Positions 28,586-40,145 of a DNA stretch of 64,000 bases are shown piece by piece. The position numbers and the translations under genes are program-made. The notes beneath the pieces were generated by a model. That model was not told where the DNA came from. It searched no databases and saw only the letters and a program-made list of their open reading frames with translations. The number at the start of each line of letters is the position of its first letter. The first letter of the stretch is position 1. The stretch is from assembly GCA_002269645.1 (NCBI GenBank), contig NIVC01000460.1, positions 310,001 through 374,000 on the forward strand, in the 5' to 3' direction. This stretch comes from Macrostomum lignano (Eukaryota).

Positions 28586-30410
28586 TAATGAAAAAGCGAC
28601 TGAACCTCCGCGCTAAACTTGCCATGTACTTTCATTTTTCCTAAAACGTAATTAGTTAAAATTTTATTGCTCTCCTTATAATAAGTATTTCTGCGAAATG
28701 AAAAAGGTGTCAGAAATCGTTAATTACTTCCATACTCTGATTTGCGAGCTTTCAACTTTGCGGACGAAAAAAGATATTACACCACTTATTGTTTTTTGAC
28801 AATGTATACGTGCTCATATTCATTTTTTGGCCAATTTCAAAACAAATATATTTTACGCTATTTTCTGCATTAAAACAAAAGACTTCTGATATGTCTGTAT
28901 CATTGCGTCGTGGATCATTTTCTTATAGTTTGAGATGTAGGTTTAGAAAATGGTATAATACGAATAGCCGATCGATAGATTGCAATACTCACATAATGAA
29001 GATAGCAATAACCATGCAGCTCGGCCAGATATTCGTTGACGAGTTTACCGGCACCCTTGAAAATACGCGGAAATTATAGTTTTTTTTCAAATGAAGATTG
29101 CATGGACATAAAATTCTTGAAATAGGGTAGACTAAAAAACTGAAAAAGCAAAAAAGGTGATGGGGAATAGCTCATAAGAGGACTAATGCGAAGTGTAACA
29201 CAGATTGTGAGTGCATTGAATTTATAGGTATTTATGTACAGGAGTCAAGTGATCTGATCTGCTAGGGGATCAGTGGATGTAAGTTCTAATCGCTGTTGCT
29301 TGTGCAGTTTGGCAGGTTGAAAGGGGAGCTTAAAAAGGACGTTTTTATTGCGTAACGATTTCTTTTATTTCAACATTGCTCGTAAGTGGTCGCCGTATTC
29401 CGCTTCCATAAGGTGATGACTGAAGTGATAAAGTGTGTTATTGTAGGAAAGATACAGAGGAGGAAAAATATGATGATGTGTTTATTCTGAAGTAGTATAC
29501 ATAGTTGCCTATCCTTTTTTGCTTCGTAGGTAATAGAGCTTTTAAAGCTGTTGTTTGGTTCGAATATGATTAAAAAAATAATTTAACTTTGATTCAACGT
29601 TCATTTAACGCTCAATTATCGTGAATTTTTAAATGTGCGCATTTCTCTACAAGTTTTAACTAAAAGAAATGTGAAATATTAAGAAATTTTTCTTACAGAT
29701 GATATATTATTTACCAGAATAACTTTTTCGTACTTTAATTTTAATCTTAATTTGAAGAAATGGCTGGCTTCCTTCCCGTAATAAAGTGCGTTTTTAAATT
29801 GCAAAAGCTGCCAAGTTAATCCAGCAATGAATTTCCCAGAATTGAATTGAGAAAATATGCGCCGTAAGTGTAGTAAAATAGTTTGAAGCTTACGAGCGTA
29901 TGTCTGTTAGCCGCGCAATTAGTGACTAAAATTTTGTCAATAATTGCGATGAAAAGATTAAAAAACAACAATAAGAAACAAATAAAAACATAATATTTAT
30001 TGTCTTATTGAAATACGATTTTTTGTTTACTTTGTATTGTATTGCACCATGAACACCATTTTTATACGTGCTCATATTCATATGATAACCATTGATAAAT
30101 GATAACCATTGCAGGTCATTGACTCATCGCTCACACTTTTATTATAATACTTATAGAAATAGACTCAATAAAGTTGAAACATCAAATATGCACATTATGC
30201 AGTAGCATAGCCAGAATTTCCATCCTGACCTACTATGCAATAAAAACAAATTACTTTACTAGCATTCGCATCAATTAGCCAGTATAATTATTCATAGCTT
30301 ATAAACTTACTTTCTATAGCCTAGGCCTATTTAAAATAACAAAATCCTTATTTAGTAGCCAGGTTGTGGATGGTATGCATGTATGCCAGAACTTTTCTGG
30401 CATACAAAAA

Positions 30411-31004
30411 GGCAGTGCTTATCCCCATGGTACCGTAGGAATAATTTCTGTCTTATCCCAACGGTACCGTGCGCATAATTTTCTGCTTATCCGCACGGCA
30501 CACTGAGGAGATAGCTGCCCTATCTTCTACATATGCCATGCGAATAATTTTCTGCTTATCCGCACGGCACACTGACGAGATAGCTGCCCTACACGTCCTC
30601 TGTTTTATTCCCTCTGCTTTACTAGCTGCCCTATCTGCTACATATGTATGCTGTGCTGTGCGTGAATAGTTTATAGCTAATTGAAAGGGAATTTGAACTG
30701 AGGATACTAAGAAGCTGTTGATCTTGATGTAAAAACTCGAATAAGTTCTAGACTAGTATATGCATGTGTAAATGTGTGTTATTCTGCTTTACTGATACCC
30801 TTCTGTATACTTATTCAACAATAATTCAACAAAGTTGTTATACTGCACTCAAATTGTATGTACTAAACTTCCCACATGGCAAATGTAGAAGATAGGGCAG
30901 CTATCTCGTCAGTGTGCCGTGCGGATAAGCAGAAAATTATTCGCACGGTACCGTTGGAATAAGACAGAAATTATTCCTACGGTACTGTGGGGATAAGCAC
31001 TGCC
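30411..31004. mobile_element. Non-autonomous TIR element with 9-bp TSD (MULE-like)
   Basis: About 130-bp TIRs starting GGCAGTGCTTATCCCCA. ATACAAAAA duplicated at 30402-30410 and 31005-31013. Confidence 0.85.
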
Positions 31005-32110
31005 ATACAAAAATGGGGTTAAATGGCTACCCTAAGTCCTTGGCATACACAATCGCATACACAACCCCTGGCGAAATTTGTTGGTATACACTATTGGTGT
31101 ACACAATAACACAGCCATGCATACTTTTTTGGCGTACAAATTTTGGTGAATAAATTCATGCCATACATGAAAATTGTAATATAAATTAATGTTTTTACGT
31201 AAAGTAACGGAAAATTTATATCGTTAGGGATAAAATTTTTGCTTCTTTGTAATTAGCAATAAATAAAACTAGTGTAAATTTTTGCTAAGAGTATCAATTT
31301 TGCATCATATTTTTTGTAGGTATAATTTAATTATACTAAATTAGTAGGCCTATCATTGGTGACAATTATAGAGACTACTTTATAAACTCAAGACAAGTTA
31401 ATATAATAGTATCTAATTATACCTAAGGTTTGATATTCAATTCTCAACTTACTTAGAATAATTTGTGTCTTCAGGAAAGACAGGAACTTGTACCTTTCTG
31501 CATTGCTTTGGTTTACTTAGTTATAAAATAGGTAATACAATTAACTAGGATGATTGAGAGCATATGTGGTGACCCCCCTTCCCCTAGTCTTTATACTATA
31601 TAGCTATATATAGGTAGCCTTTAGATACATTGCACAAAAACTATAGCTAAGTTGGTTACATATCTAGCCTATTTGGGGTAGGTATAATCACACTGTATTG
31701 AAAAGAAATATGTATTATAATTATATAAGACTAAGAGTGTTTTTAGTTTGAAAATCAATAATATCTACTTTAAAATTGAAAAAATAAATATTCTAAGCAA
31801 CAAATAAACTACTTTTATTAAACTAAAAAACTTTATTAAAATTTTTTAATAAAGTTTTAAAGTTTTTAAGTTTTAAAGTTTAAAGTTTAAAGTTTTAATA
31901 AAGTTATTAAAACTTTATTAAAAACTTTTATTAAACTACAAAGAAACTAAAAATAGAAATATTCTAATAATAATACGTAAAATAAGAGCAGTATGGCTTA
32001 TATAATGTGCACTTTGTTATATGCATACTAATAAGGATGCCAACAAGATTTATTAATAGGTTTTAAAAAGAAGAAATAAAAATGTACATAACTAAGTATA
32101 AAAATAAATA

Positions 32111-32499
32111 CAGGGTGTCCCATAAGTAACTTTACAACTTGTTTCGTAAATAACTTTGTGGTTAATGCTTGGATCCCCACCAGATTTTAGCATAGGAAAA
32201 TATATAGAAAAGGGATTTTTTGACACCAAAAGCATGTTCATATCAGGCCCAGATTTTGCCTGAGACGCTTACCAAAGCCCTGCTGGACTTTCTGCGGCGG
32301 CTGGAGGCCTGCCTTACAAACTGCGGTGGCCACATCGAAGGACCCTGAACGGACTGTATTTTTTAACATATGAACATGCTTTTGGTGTCAAAAATCCCTT
32401 TTCTATATATTTTCCTATGCTAAAATCTGGTGGGGATCCAAGCATTAATCATAAAGTTATTCACGAAACAAGTTATAAAGTTACTTATGGGACACCCTG
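32111..32499. mobile_element. Tc1/mariner-type MITE
   Basis: About 130-bp TIRs CAGGGTGTCCCATAAGTAAC..., flanked by TA on both sides. Confidence 0.88.
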
Positions 32500-32721
32500 T
32501 AAATCCAAAAAATATATATAATAAAATTAAAAACAATAGCTTAGGGCCTAAATAAAATACCATCTAGTAAAACTATAAGCTATAAACAGAATATAGATAT
32601 CTTAAACTTGAAAGTTTCTTTGTATAGCTAAATAACTTAACTTTATATATGGTTACTTAAACAGTAATAATAATTGCAATCATATAAACCATTCATGTAC
32701 ATCTATCCTTATATTATATTA

Positions 32722-32996
32722 CATACATGCGCAACTGCTAGCCAACCTAGCCCATCTGGCCACCATAAATTGTGGCAGACCAGGGGTAAGTCACAAAAAT
32801 GCCCACCCCAAAGGAAACAGACATAGTACTAATTAGATGCTGAGACATTTAGCCCTCGTATGATAGTCATAGTTACTCCTGCCGTTTACCCACAATTGCG
32901 TTAATGTTGCTTTAGTTATTTTCACAGGTAAGTTGCATTTTTGGTCAAAAAGTAAGTCCCATGGCTAGTGTAAATCAGGGGGGTTGCACATGTATG
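32722..32996. mobile_element. hAT-like MITE, copy 1
   Basis: TIR CATACATGCGCAAC/GTTGCACATGTATG; 8-bp TSD TTATATTA. Confidence 0.85.
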
Positions 32997-33355
32997 TTAT
33001 ATTATATGCAAAATATGCAATATATTATCAAAAGCTTTTATAATTCTTTAAACTTCAATAAAATTTACAAAAATTTATAGCGTTACAAACATGCTTGCTT
33101 ATAAAACAGTTTTAATAAATTAAAAACTTTTGAAAAATTGTATTATAATAATATTACTGATTTTTACATTAAAAAATTGCCACCTTTTTCCCCAGTAAGC
33201 AGTGTCTCAACTAGTGTCCAATCACCTGGCCAACCATTTTGATATACAGGTTGAGTGGCACAAGTTGTGTCACTCGAAAATCAATACTAAGCTAGAATTT
33301 ACTGTGCACTTTCAAAAGTGGCAACATTTTAATGTTGTTTAGTATGTATAATAAG

Positions 33356-33644
33356 CATACATGCGCAACCTCCAAAATTCGGTCGGCCATGCGACTTAGT
33401 TTTAACAAAAATGCGACGTAGTTTTTGGCCAAAAATGCGACTTACATGTAAAAAAACCCTAACGCTAAGTTAACGCAACTTTGGGTAAACGGCAGGAGTA
33501 ACTATGACTGTCTTATTAAGTCAAAATGCCTCGTCAGCTACTTAGTACTACTACTTTGGTACTTTTTCGGGTGGGCATTATTGCGACTTCCTTGGTTGGC
33601 CGCCAAATCGGTCGGCCGGATCGGCCGACTGTTGCGCATGTATG
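33356..33644. mobile_element. hAT-like MITE, copy 2 (same family, opposite orientation)
   Basis: TIR CATACATGCGCAAC/GTTGCGCATGTATG; 8-bp TSD ATAATAAG. The internal segment GGGTAAACGGCAGGAGTAACTATGAC is the reverse complement of a segment in copy 1. Confidence 0.85.
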
Positions 33645-34029
33645 ATAATAAGCCAAAAACAAATATTTACTAGGCTAATAATATTACAAAAAATTTGCAT
33701 TACAAAAAATTTGTGGATCTTGTAAATAAGTCTCGTATATATTAATTATAGAAAATATAGACTGTAGTTTAAATTAAATGTATCCTTAGGAAAAAAGAAA
33801 GAAAACAAACTGTTAATCTGTCAAAATTAGCAACTGTTTGTACCATATAAAGTAACTTTTAAAGCCATGGTTTAATATTCTTATACTAATGATTCAAATT
33901 CATTTTCACACCTTCAGTCCACTTGCTATTAGCCATCAAGAAGCAGTGGTTTTACCTATCCAATACCCAAGCAATTGGGCTTGCTTGCGGCAAACTTAAA
34001 CCCTTGAGAGGCTAAAGCAAAGACTACAA

Positions 34030-35847
34030 ATGAAGGTCAAACGCCTGGCCAACGCAGCCGGAGTCGCCCTGCCACTCGACGCGGACTATGCAGAGAGTCT
34101 CGAAGGCGGCGGTGCAGCTGCGGCAGATTCAGCTGGCCAAGCCGGCTCCGGCGTTGCCGAGGATGACGACGAGGGCTTGGATCTGGACGAATTCATTCAG
34201 CAGATGATGATGGATGGTGGCGGTGACGGCCAAGCGCTGGTGGCTGACGAGCTGCCCATGCCCGACCAGCAGCAGCAGCAGCAGCAGCCTCAGTATTACA
34301 CTGGGCCGGTCATGCAGCCAGCAGCGGCCGGGCTTGGCGTTGCTCAAGCCAACGGATTCGTCGATAATGGCTTTCGTTACCATGGCAACTATGGCGTCCA
34401 ACAGCCGTCGCTAGTACCGCCGCAGTTCAATCTGCAGTCTGCAGCTACCGCTAATTCATCTTCCGTCATCTTTCCACTGTCTGGTCCGCAGTCGCTGGGT
34501 TCAGAGTTTCAGCAGCAGCAGCAGCAGCAGCAGACTGCTCAGGTGTCCCAGCAGCAGCAGCAGCAGCCGCCTTCGGGAATTCGAGCTGCCATTAATCTGC
34601 GTAAGCGACCTCTGCAATCGCAGCAGCAGCAGCAACAGCTTCTGCTAGATTTGCCCGAATCGTCTAACGACGCATTCGATACTAAGCCTATTATCCAGAA
34701 GCAGCAGCAGAAGCAGCAAAATCAGGAATCCAATTCCAAATCGTCTGTTGGCGGTGATTCGAATTCAACAGCGATAACAGCTGGGGACGCTGGCGGTGGA
34801 GATTTGACTATAGAGGATCCGAGCGAGAGAAAACGATTGAAGAATGCTCAATTAGCTAGGTGAGTTGACCTGCTCAGATTGTATCAGCGTCACTTTGTTT
34901 GTTGGGTCAATTCCAGGGTCAGTGCCAGTGTGTTGGGTCAGTGCCAGAGTCTTTAGGGTCAGTGCCAGAGTCTGTAGGGTCAGTGCCAGAGTCTGTAGGG
35001 TCAGTGCCAGTGTCTGTAGGGTCAGTGCCAGTGTCTGTAGGGTCAGTGCCAGTGTCTGTAGGGTCAGTGTCAGTGTCTGTATTGTCAGTGCTAGTGTCTG
35101 TAGGGTCAGTGCCAGTGTCTGAAGGGTCAGTGCCAGTGTCTGTAGGGTCAGTGCCAGTGTCTGTAGGGTCAGTGCCAGTGTCTGTAGGGTCAGTGCCAGT
35201 GTCTGTAGGGTCAGTGCCAGTGTCTGTAGGGTCAGTGCCAGAGTCTGTAGGGTCAGTGCCAGTGTCTGTAGGGTCAGTGCCAGTGTCTGTAGGGTCAGTG
35301 CCAGTGTCTGTTGGGTAAGGGTTAATTTCGATTGAGTCGGGGGTCTGGACCAACACCTATTGTATGCTATAACGAAGCTTCTAAAAATTGCACTTCAATG
35401 TTCAGAGAAAATCGAGAAAAGAAAAAGCAACACGTTCAAGAGCTGGAGAATCGAGTCCGAGACCTCGAATCGGCATTGTCCGCCTCGCGCGAGCGCGAAT
35501 CGAGCTTAACAAGCGAATTAAGCTCATCTAAGCGGCATAACAACTATCTGCTGTCGGTGCTGTACAGGCAGAGCGAGCTGGCCTCGTTCTTGTCCACCGT
35601 GCCTGCGCTGGTGTCCCGAGAGCGCCAGCTGCAGCTGCAGCAACCGCAAGCAACTAGAGATACGGACAGTCAGACAACTACAGGCGGAATTTGTTTGCAC
35701 CTGGACAATCAGGAGACTGTATCTGTTTTGTTGTGCGACAAATGCGCCGCTCTGGGTGGCGGCGGCAGCGTCGGTGACGCGGTGCTAGGCGGATCTGCTT
35801 CGCAGCCTTCGTCTTTAACTGGGAATCAGTCGAATCTGTCGCTTTGA
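34030..35847 (+). CDS. CREBZF: CREBZF (Zhangfei)-like bZIP transcription factor, 2 exons (34030-34859, 35406-35847)
   Basis: Spliced basic region ERKRLKNAQLAR-ENREKKKQHVQELE plus leucine zipper. The C-terminal GGICLHLD..VSVLLCDKC motif matches the CREBZF-family GGVCLHV..VSVEFC motif. The phase-2 intron is compatible. Confidence 0.85.
34915..35312. repeat. Intronic 21-bp minisatellite (GGGTCAGTGCCAGTGTCTGTA)n
   Basis: Visible. Confidence 0.95.
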
Positions 35848-35949
35848 AGGCAATTTGTGAGCGTAGTTATGTGTAACCTGTGCGCTGGATGCTTTCGGTT
35901 TATGACAGCGTGAATACTGCTTGAGCTTTCTAGGATTGTCTTCTGTGCC

Positions 35950-36440
35950 TAAGGGGTCGTAGTGGCATTCACTGAAACACCTGAGAGAATAGTGGCACCC
36001 GCTGAAGGAACTGAAGGAATGGTGGTACCCGATGAAGTAACTGAGGTCGTAGTGTCACTCACTGAAGGACCTGAGGTCGTAGTGTCACTCACTGAGAGGA
36101 CCTGAGGTCGTAGTGTCACTCACTGAGAGGACCTGAGGTCGTAGTGTCACTCCCTGAAGGAATGGCGAGACCCGCTGAAGGACCTGAGGAGGTGACAGCA
36201 CCCACTGAAGGGCCTGAGGAGGTGACAGCACCCACTGAAGGGCCTGAGGAGGTGACAGCACCCACTGAAGGGCCTGAGGAGGTGACAGCACCCACTGAAG
36301 GGCCTGAGGAGGTGACAGCACCCACTGAAGGGCCTGAGGAGGTGACAGCACCCACTGAAAAGCCTGAGGAGGTGACAGCACCCACTGAAGGGCCTGAGGA
36401 GGTGACAGCACCCACTGAAGGGCCTGAGGAGGAGAAGACA
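35950..36440. repeat. 30-bp tandem repeat (translates as TAPTEGPEEV), degenerate towards the left
   Basis: Homogeneous units at 36170-36430; diverged 30/31-bp units upstream. Confidence 0.9.
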
Positions 36441-37589
36441 GAACCCACTGACCTGAATCCTGGGGTGTTCGCTCAGATTTTGTCAAAACAATTCTAACGT
36501 AGATAAATTTCTTAAAAAATTGACACATTTGACAACTGTTCGTGTGACTATGGAGTGTATTTTGTGTCAATAAAACTATTTATTTACATTTAGTAATCAT
36601 TATTACATTTCTGTATATAATTTTTGCTACGATAAATTTCCATATCTATTAGTACATTTTTAGCATCGAACTTATAACTCGTATTCAATCGTAGTTTCTT
36701 ACGTAGTCAATGCATTCATTGGCTTAGTTTCAAAGTTTATATAAAAAAATGACTTTACAAAGTTATATCACTACATATCGGTAGGCAGGTAAGTGAATTC
36801 TGATTAAATCTGCCGCAATGTGTTTTTGTGTAATCGTCCATTCCTTCATCACTTACGAGGTAGCATTTCTTCCTTCTAGAGAGTAAAAATCTATAAAATT
36901 CACAAATCTATTATAATATTTTATTAGCAAACGCTAACTTGGCTACTCGCAACAAATAAGTAGTTTGTTACGGTTATTTGCGTGTTCTGTTTGTAAAGTT
37001 TGTAAAATTTTGACGTGCCATGCATTTCTTCTGAAGCTGTCCGACTTTCTTTGGAGAATTTTAATAAATAATTAATTAAAATTTTCTGTCTTTTTAACCA
37101 ATGGATGAAATTTATTGAGAATTAATATTTTTACTGTAATTACTGTTGTCAATTAAACCAAGCGGACTATTATTCAGACGCATTGTAATTTATCACATTT
37201 TGCCTTACTGACATTTTTGAAATGAAATTATTGCATTAGACAATGTAGAGCAGTTGTGCCCAAAATATACAGTCGCTGGTTTCTTGTTTAAAAACATTTT
37301 CTGTTACAGTCTTTAAGTAAACTTTTTTGAATTTTAGATTATTTAATGATAATATTATTGTCATTGAGCTCATGTGTGACGGAGAACCAACATCTGAGCG
37401 GTTTGCTTTCTACATATGCATATTTATTACGCAACAAAAATGTTGTAAAATGTTCATGATTACTTAAAAAGAAAAAAACTTAAAACACAGATTTTGTGTA
37501 CACGTTTCTATTTATCATTTTTGGAGTGTTTTTTTTGTTCTTTGTTAAAATAAGCCGAAATACAAGTTTTAGAGTCTTCATCTTCCAGC

Positions 37590-38245
37590 ATCCAATGATA
37601 CGAGTTCCTGCAGTTCCATGGGGATATCATTGATGAGGCCGCTTCCAGCATCCCGTGTATGTCTGTAGTTCCATGGGGATATCATTGATGAGGCCGCTTC
37701 CAGCATCCCGTGTATGTCTGTAGTTCCACGGGATATCTTTGATGAGGCCGCTTCCAGCATCCCATATGTCTGTAGTTCCATGGGGATATCATTGATGAGG
37801 CCGCTTCCAGCATCCCGTGTATGTCTGTAGTTCCATGGGGATATCATTGATGAGGCTGCTTCCAGTATCCCATGATACCTGCAGTTCCATTTGGGATATC
37901 ATTGATGAGGCCGCTTCCAGCATCCCGTGTATGTCTGTAGTTCCACGGGATATCTTTGATGAGGCCGCTTCCAGCATCCCATATGTCTGTAGTTCCATGG
38001 GGATATCATTGATGAGGCCGCTTCCAGCATCCCGTGTATGTCTGTAGTTCCATGGGGATATCATTGATGAGGCTGCTTCCAGTATCCCATGATACCTGCA
38101 GTTCCATTTGGGATATCATTGATGAGGCCTCTTCCAGCATCTCATATGTCTGTAGTTTTATGGGGATATCTTTGATGAGGCTGCTTCTAGCATCTCGTAT
38201 GTCTGTAGTTTCATGGGGATATCTTTGATAAGGCCGCTTCCAGCG
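37590..38245. repeat. About 54-bp minisatellite with a 217-bp higher-order period
   Basis: GATGAGGCCGCTTCCAGCATCCC units; identical minus-strand ORF starts at 37847 and 38064. Confidence 0.9.
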
Positions 38246-38334
38246 TCTATTTCTGTTAGGGATTAGATGAAAATGTTGGCTGATACAATATCCTGTCTCA
38301 AACTGAATCACTTCATGTTGATCGCAGCAACAAC

Positions 38335-38580
38335 ATGGGATTCGGTCTATTCAGCCTGCTCGAGGCTGGCCTCCTACTGCTCAACGCAATCTGCGTGCTT
38401 CATCGCGAACGATTCCTAGCCAGATTCGGCTGGAGCTCTGAGCAGAGAGACTTTGGCGAGCCCGGCGTGACTGCCAAAGGCCAGTTGGTGAATCTGGTGA
38501 ACAGTGTGCAGTTTGTGATGCGCGGGCCGCTCATTGTTGTGAACTCTTTGGTTATTGTTTATAAACTTGTGCTGGGCTGA
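38335..38580 (+). CDS. IER3IP1: Immediate early response 3-interacting protein 1 / Yos1 homologue, single exon, 81 aa
   Basis: MGFGLFSLLEAGLLLLNAICVLHRERFL..GW...KGQLVNLVNSVQFVMRGPLIVVNS closely matches the known IER3IP1 sequence pattern. Confidence 0.95.
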   Translation: MGFGLFSLLEAGLLLLNAICVLHRERFLARFGWSSEQRDFGEPGVTAKGQLVNLVNSVQFVMRGPLIVVNSLVIVYKLVLG

Positions 38581-38704
38581 TGGCGACCAAGGGGAACTTA
38601 AATTTCCCCTGGCTTAGGGCGTCATGCAGTTTTACCTTATTGGTGATTTCTGATAATGCGAGAAGTTCCTGTTTTGATACATTTTTTCCACAGCGCATGG
38701 ATAA

Positions 38705-39250
38705 AAACATCCCCAATCCCAATTATCCCAATATTAGAAATCCCAGATCCCAATTATCCCTTTATTAAAAATCTCAGATCCCAATAATCCCTATATTTTT
38801 AAATCCCAGATCCCAATTATCCCTATATTGAAAATCCAAGATCCCAATTATCCCTATATTGGAAATCCCAGATCTCAATTATCCCAATATTGAGAATGCC
38901 AAATCCAAAATTATCCCTATATTGGAAATCCCATATCCCAATTATCCCAATATTGAAAATCCCAAATCCAAAATTATCCCTATATTGGAAATCCCAGATC
39001 CCAATTATCCCAATATTGAAAATCCCAGATCCAAAATTATCCCTATATTGGAAATCCCAGATCCCAATTATCCCAATATTGAAAATCCCAAATCCAAAAT
39101 TATCCCTATATTGAAAATCCCAGATCCCAATTATCCCAATATTGAAAATCCCAGATCCAAAATTATCCCTATATTGGAAATCCCAGATCCAAAATTATCC
39201 CTATATTGGAAATCCCAGATCTCAATTATCCCAATATTGAGAATGCCAGA
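38705..39250. repeat. About 31-bp minisatellite (AAAATCCCAGATCCCAATTATCCCTATATTG)n with alternating variants
   Basis: Visible. Confidence 0.92.
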
Positions 39251-40145
39251 TCTCCTGATGGGTTTTCAGTTACTCAATTTAACCGTTTTCACCATATAGT
39301 TAATTCTCCATTGCCAGTGGGGCAGATTAGTGGTAAGAATCTGTGTTTCATCTTCCTCATCATATTGCACGATTATATATAGTGAATATGGATTGCTATC
39401 CCGCTATAGTTATTTGCTTATCTGTATTTAATGTGCGCGTGATTGTTCAAATGATGCAAAAAATTTACCAAGTAAAATATATCTGCTCGAAAATAAATAT
39501 TTGCTTAATTAAAAGATTACTTTCGAGTTGATTTCTTTCATTTTAGTTTAGTAAGAAAAGTCTGTGTCAGTAAGTAGCTTTGAGTAGCACAGAGGTTCCA
39601 TAGGATGGGTTTATCGGTTGTAGATACCCAATGCAAAGCAGTTATCAACAAGCAAAGTACATAGAGTACTTTTATAGGACACCTTGGCGCAACGCCTTCG
39701 GCAACAACGTCACACTGCAACCCAAAGCTGAGACCAATGGTCGTGGGGGCGAGAGAGTCAGGCCTGTGTTTACCACGAGTACTTTCTCAACTTTGGTTCT
39801 AAGAAATTTGAGCATTGCCTCCTGTCACAAACAGACTGCTCAATAGCAGCTACTCTAACCTGTGCTCCCGCTTCAGTTTGGCCAGAAAAAGTGCACAGCG
39901 CCCCTGATAAGATGGAGTGAGAAAACTTGCATACTCGCTGTTCCTTCATCAACGCAATTTTAATGAAATTAAAACTGTAAAAATGGCTTATCGATATTGC
40001 AGCATATTGAGCTTCGCCTTTCAAACATACTCATCATCTTGTAGTTTAACAACCATACTCGCATTGAATTCGCTCTACGACAAGGCCTGCGTGCATTGAA
40101 AAAGTAACAGACTAGAGACCCAGAATCTTGGCCTCATCATTCGCC

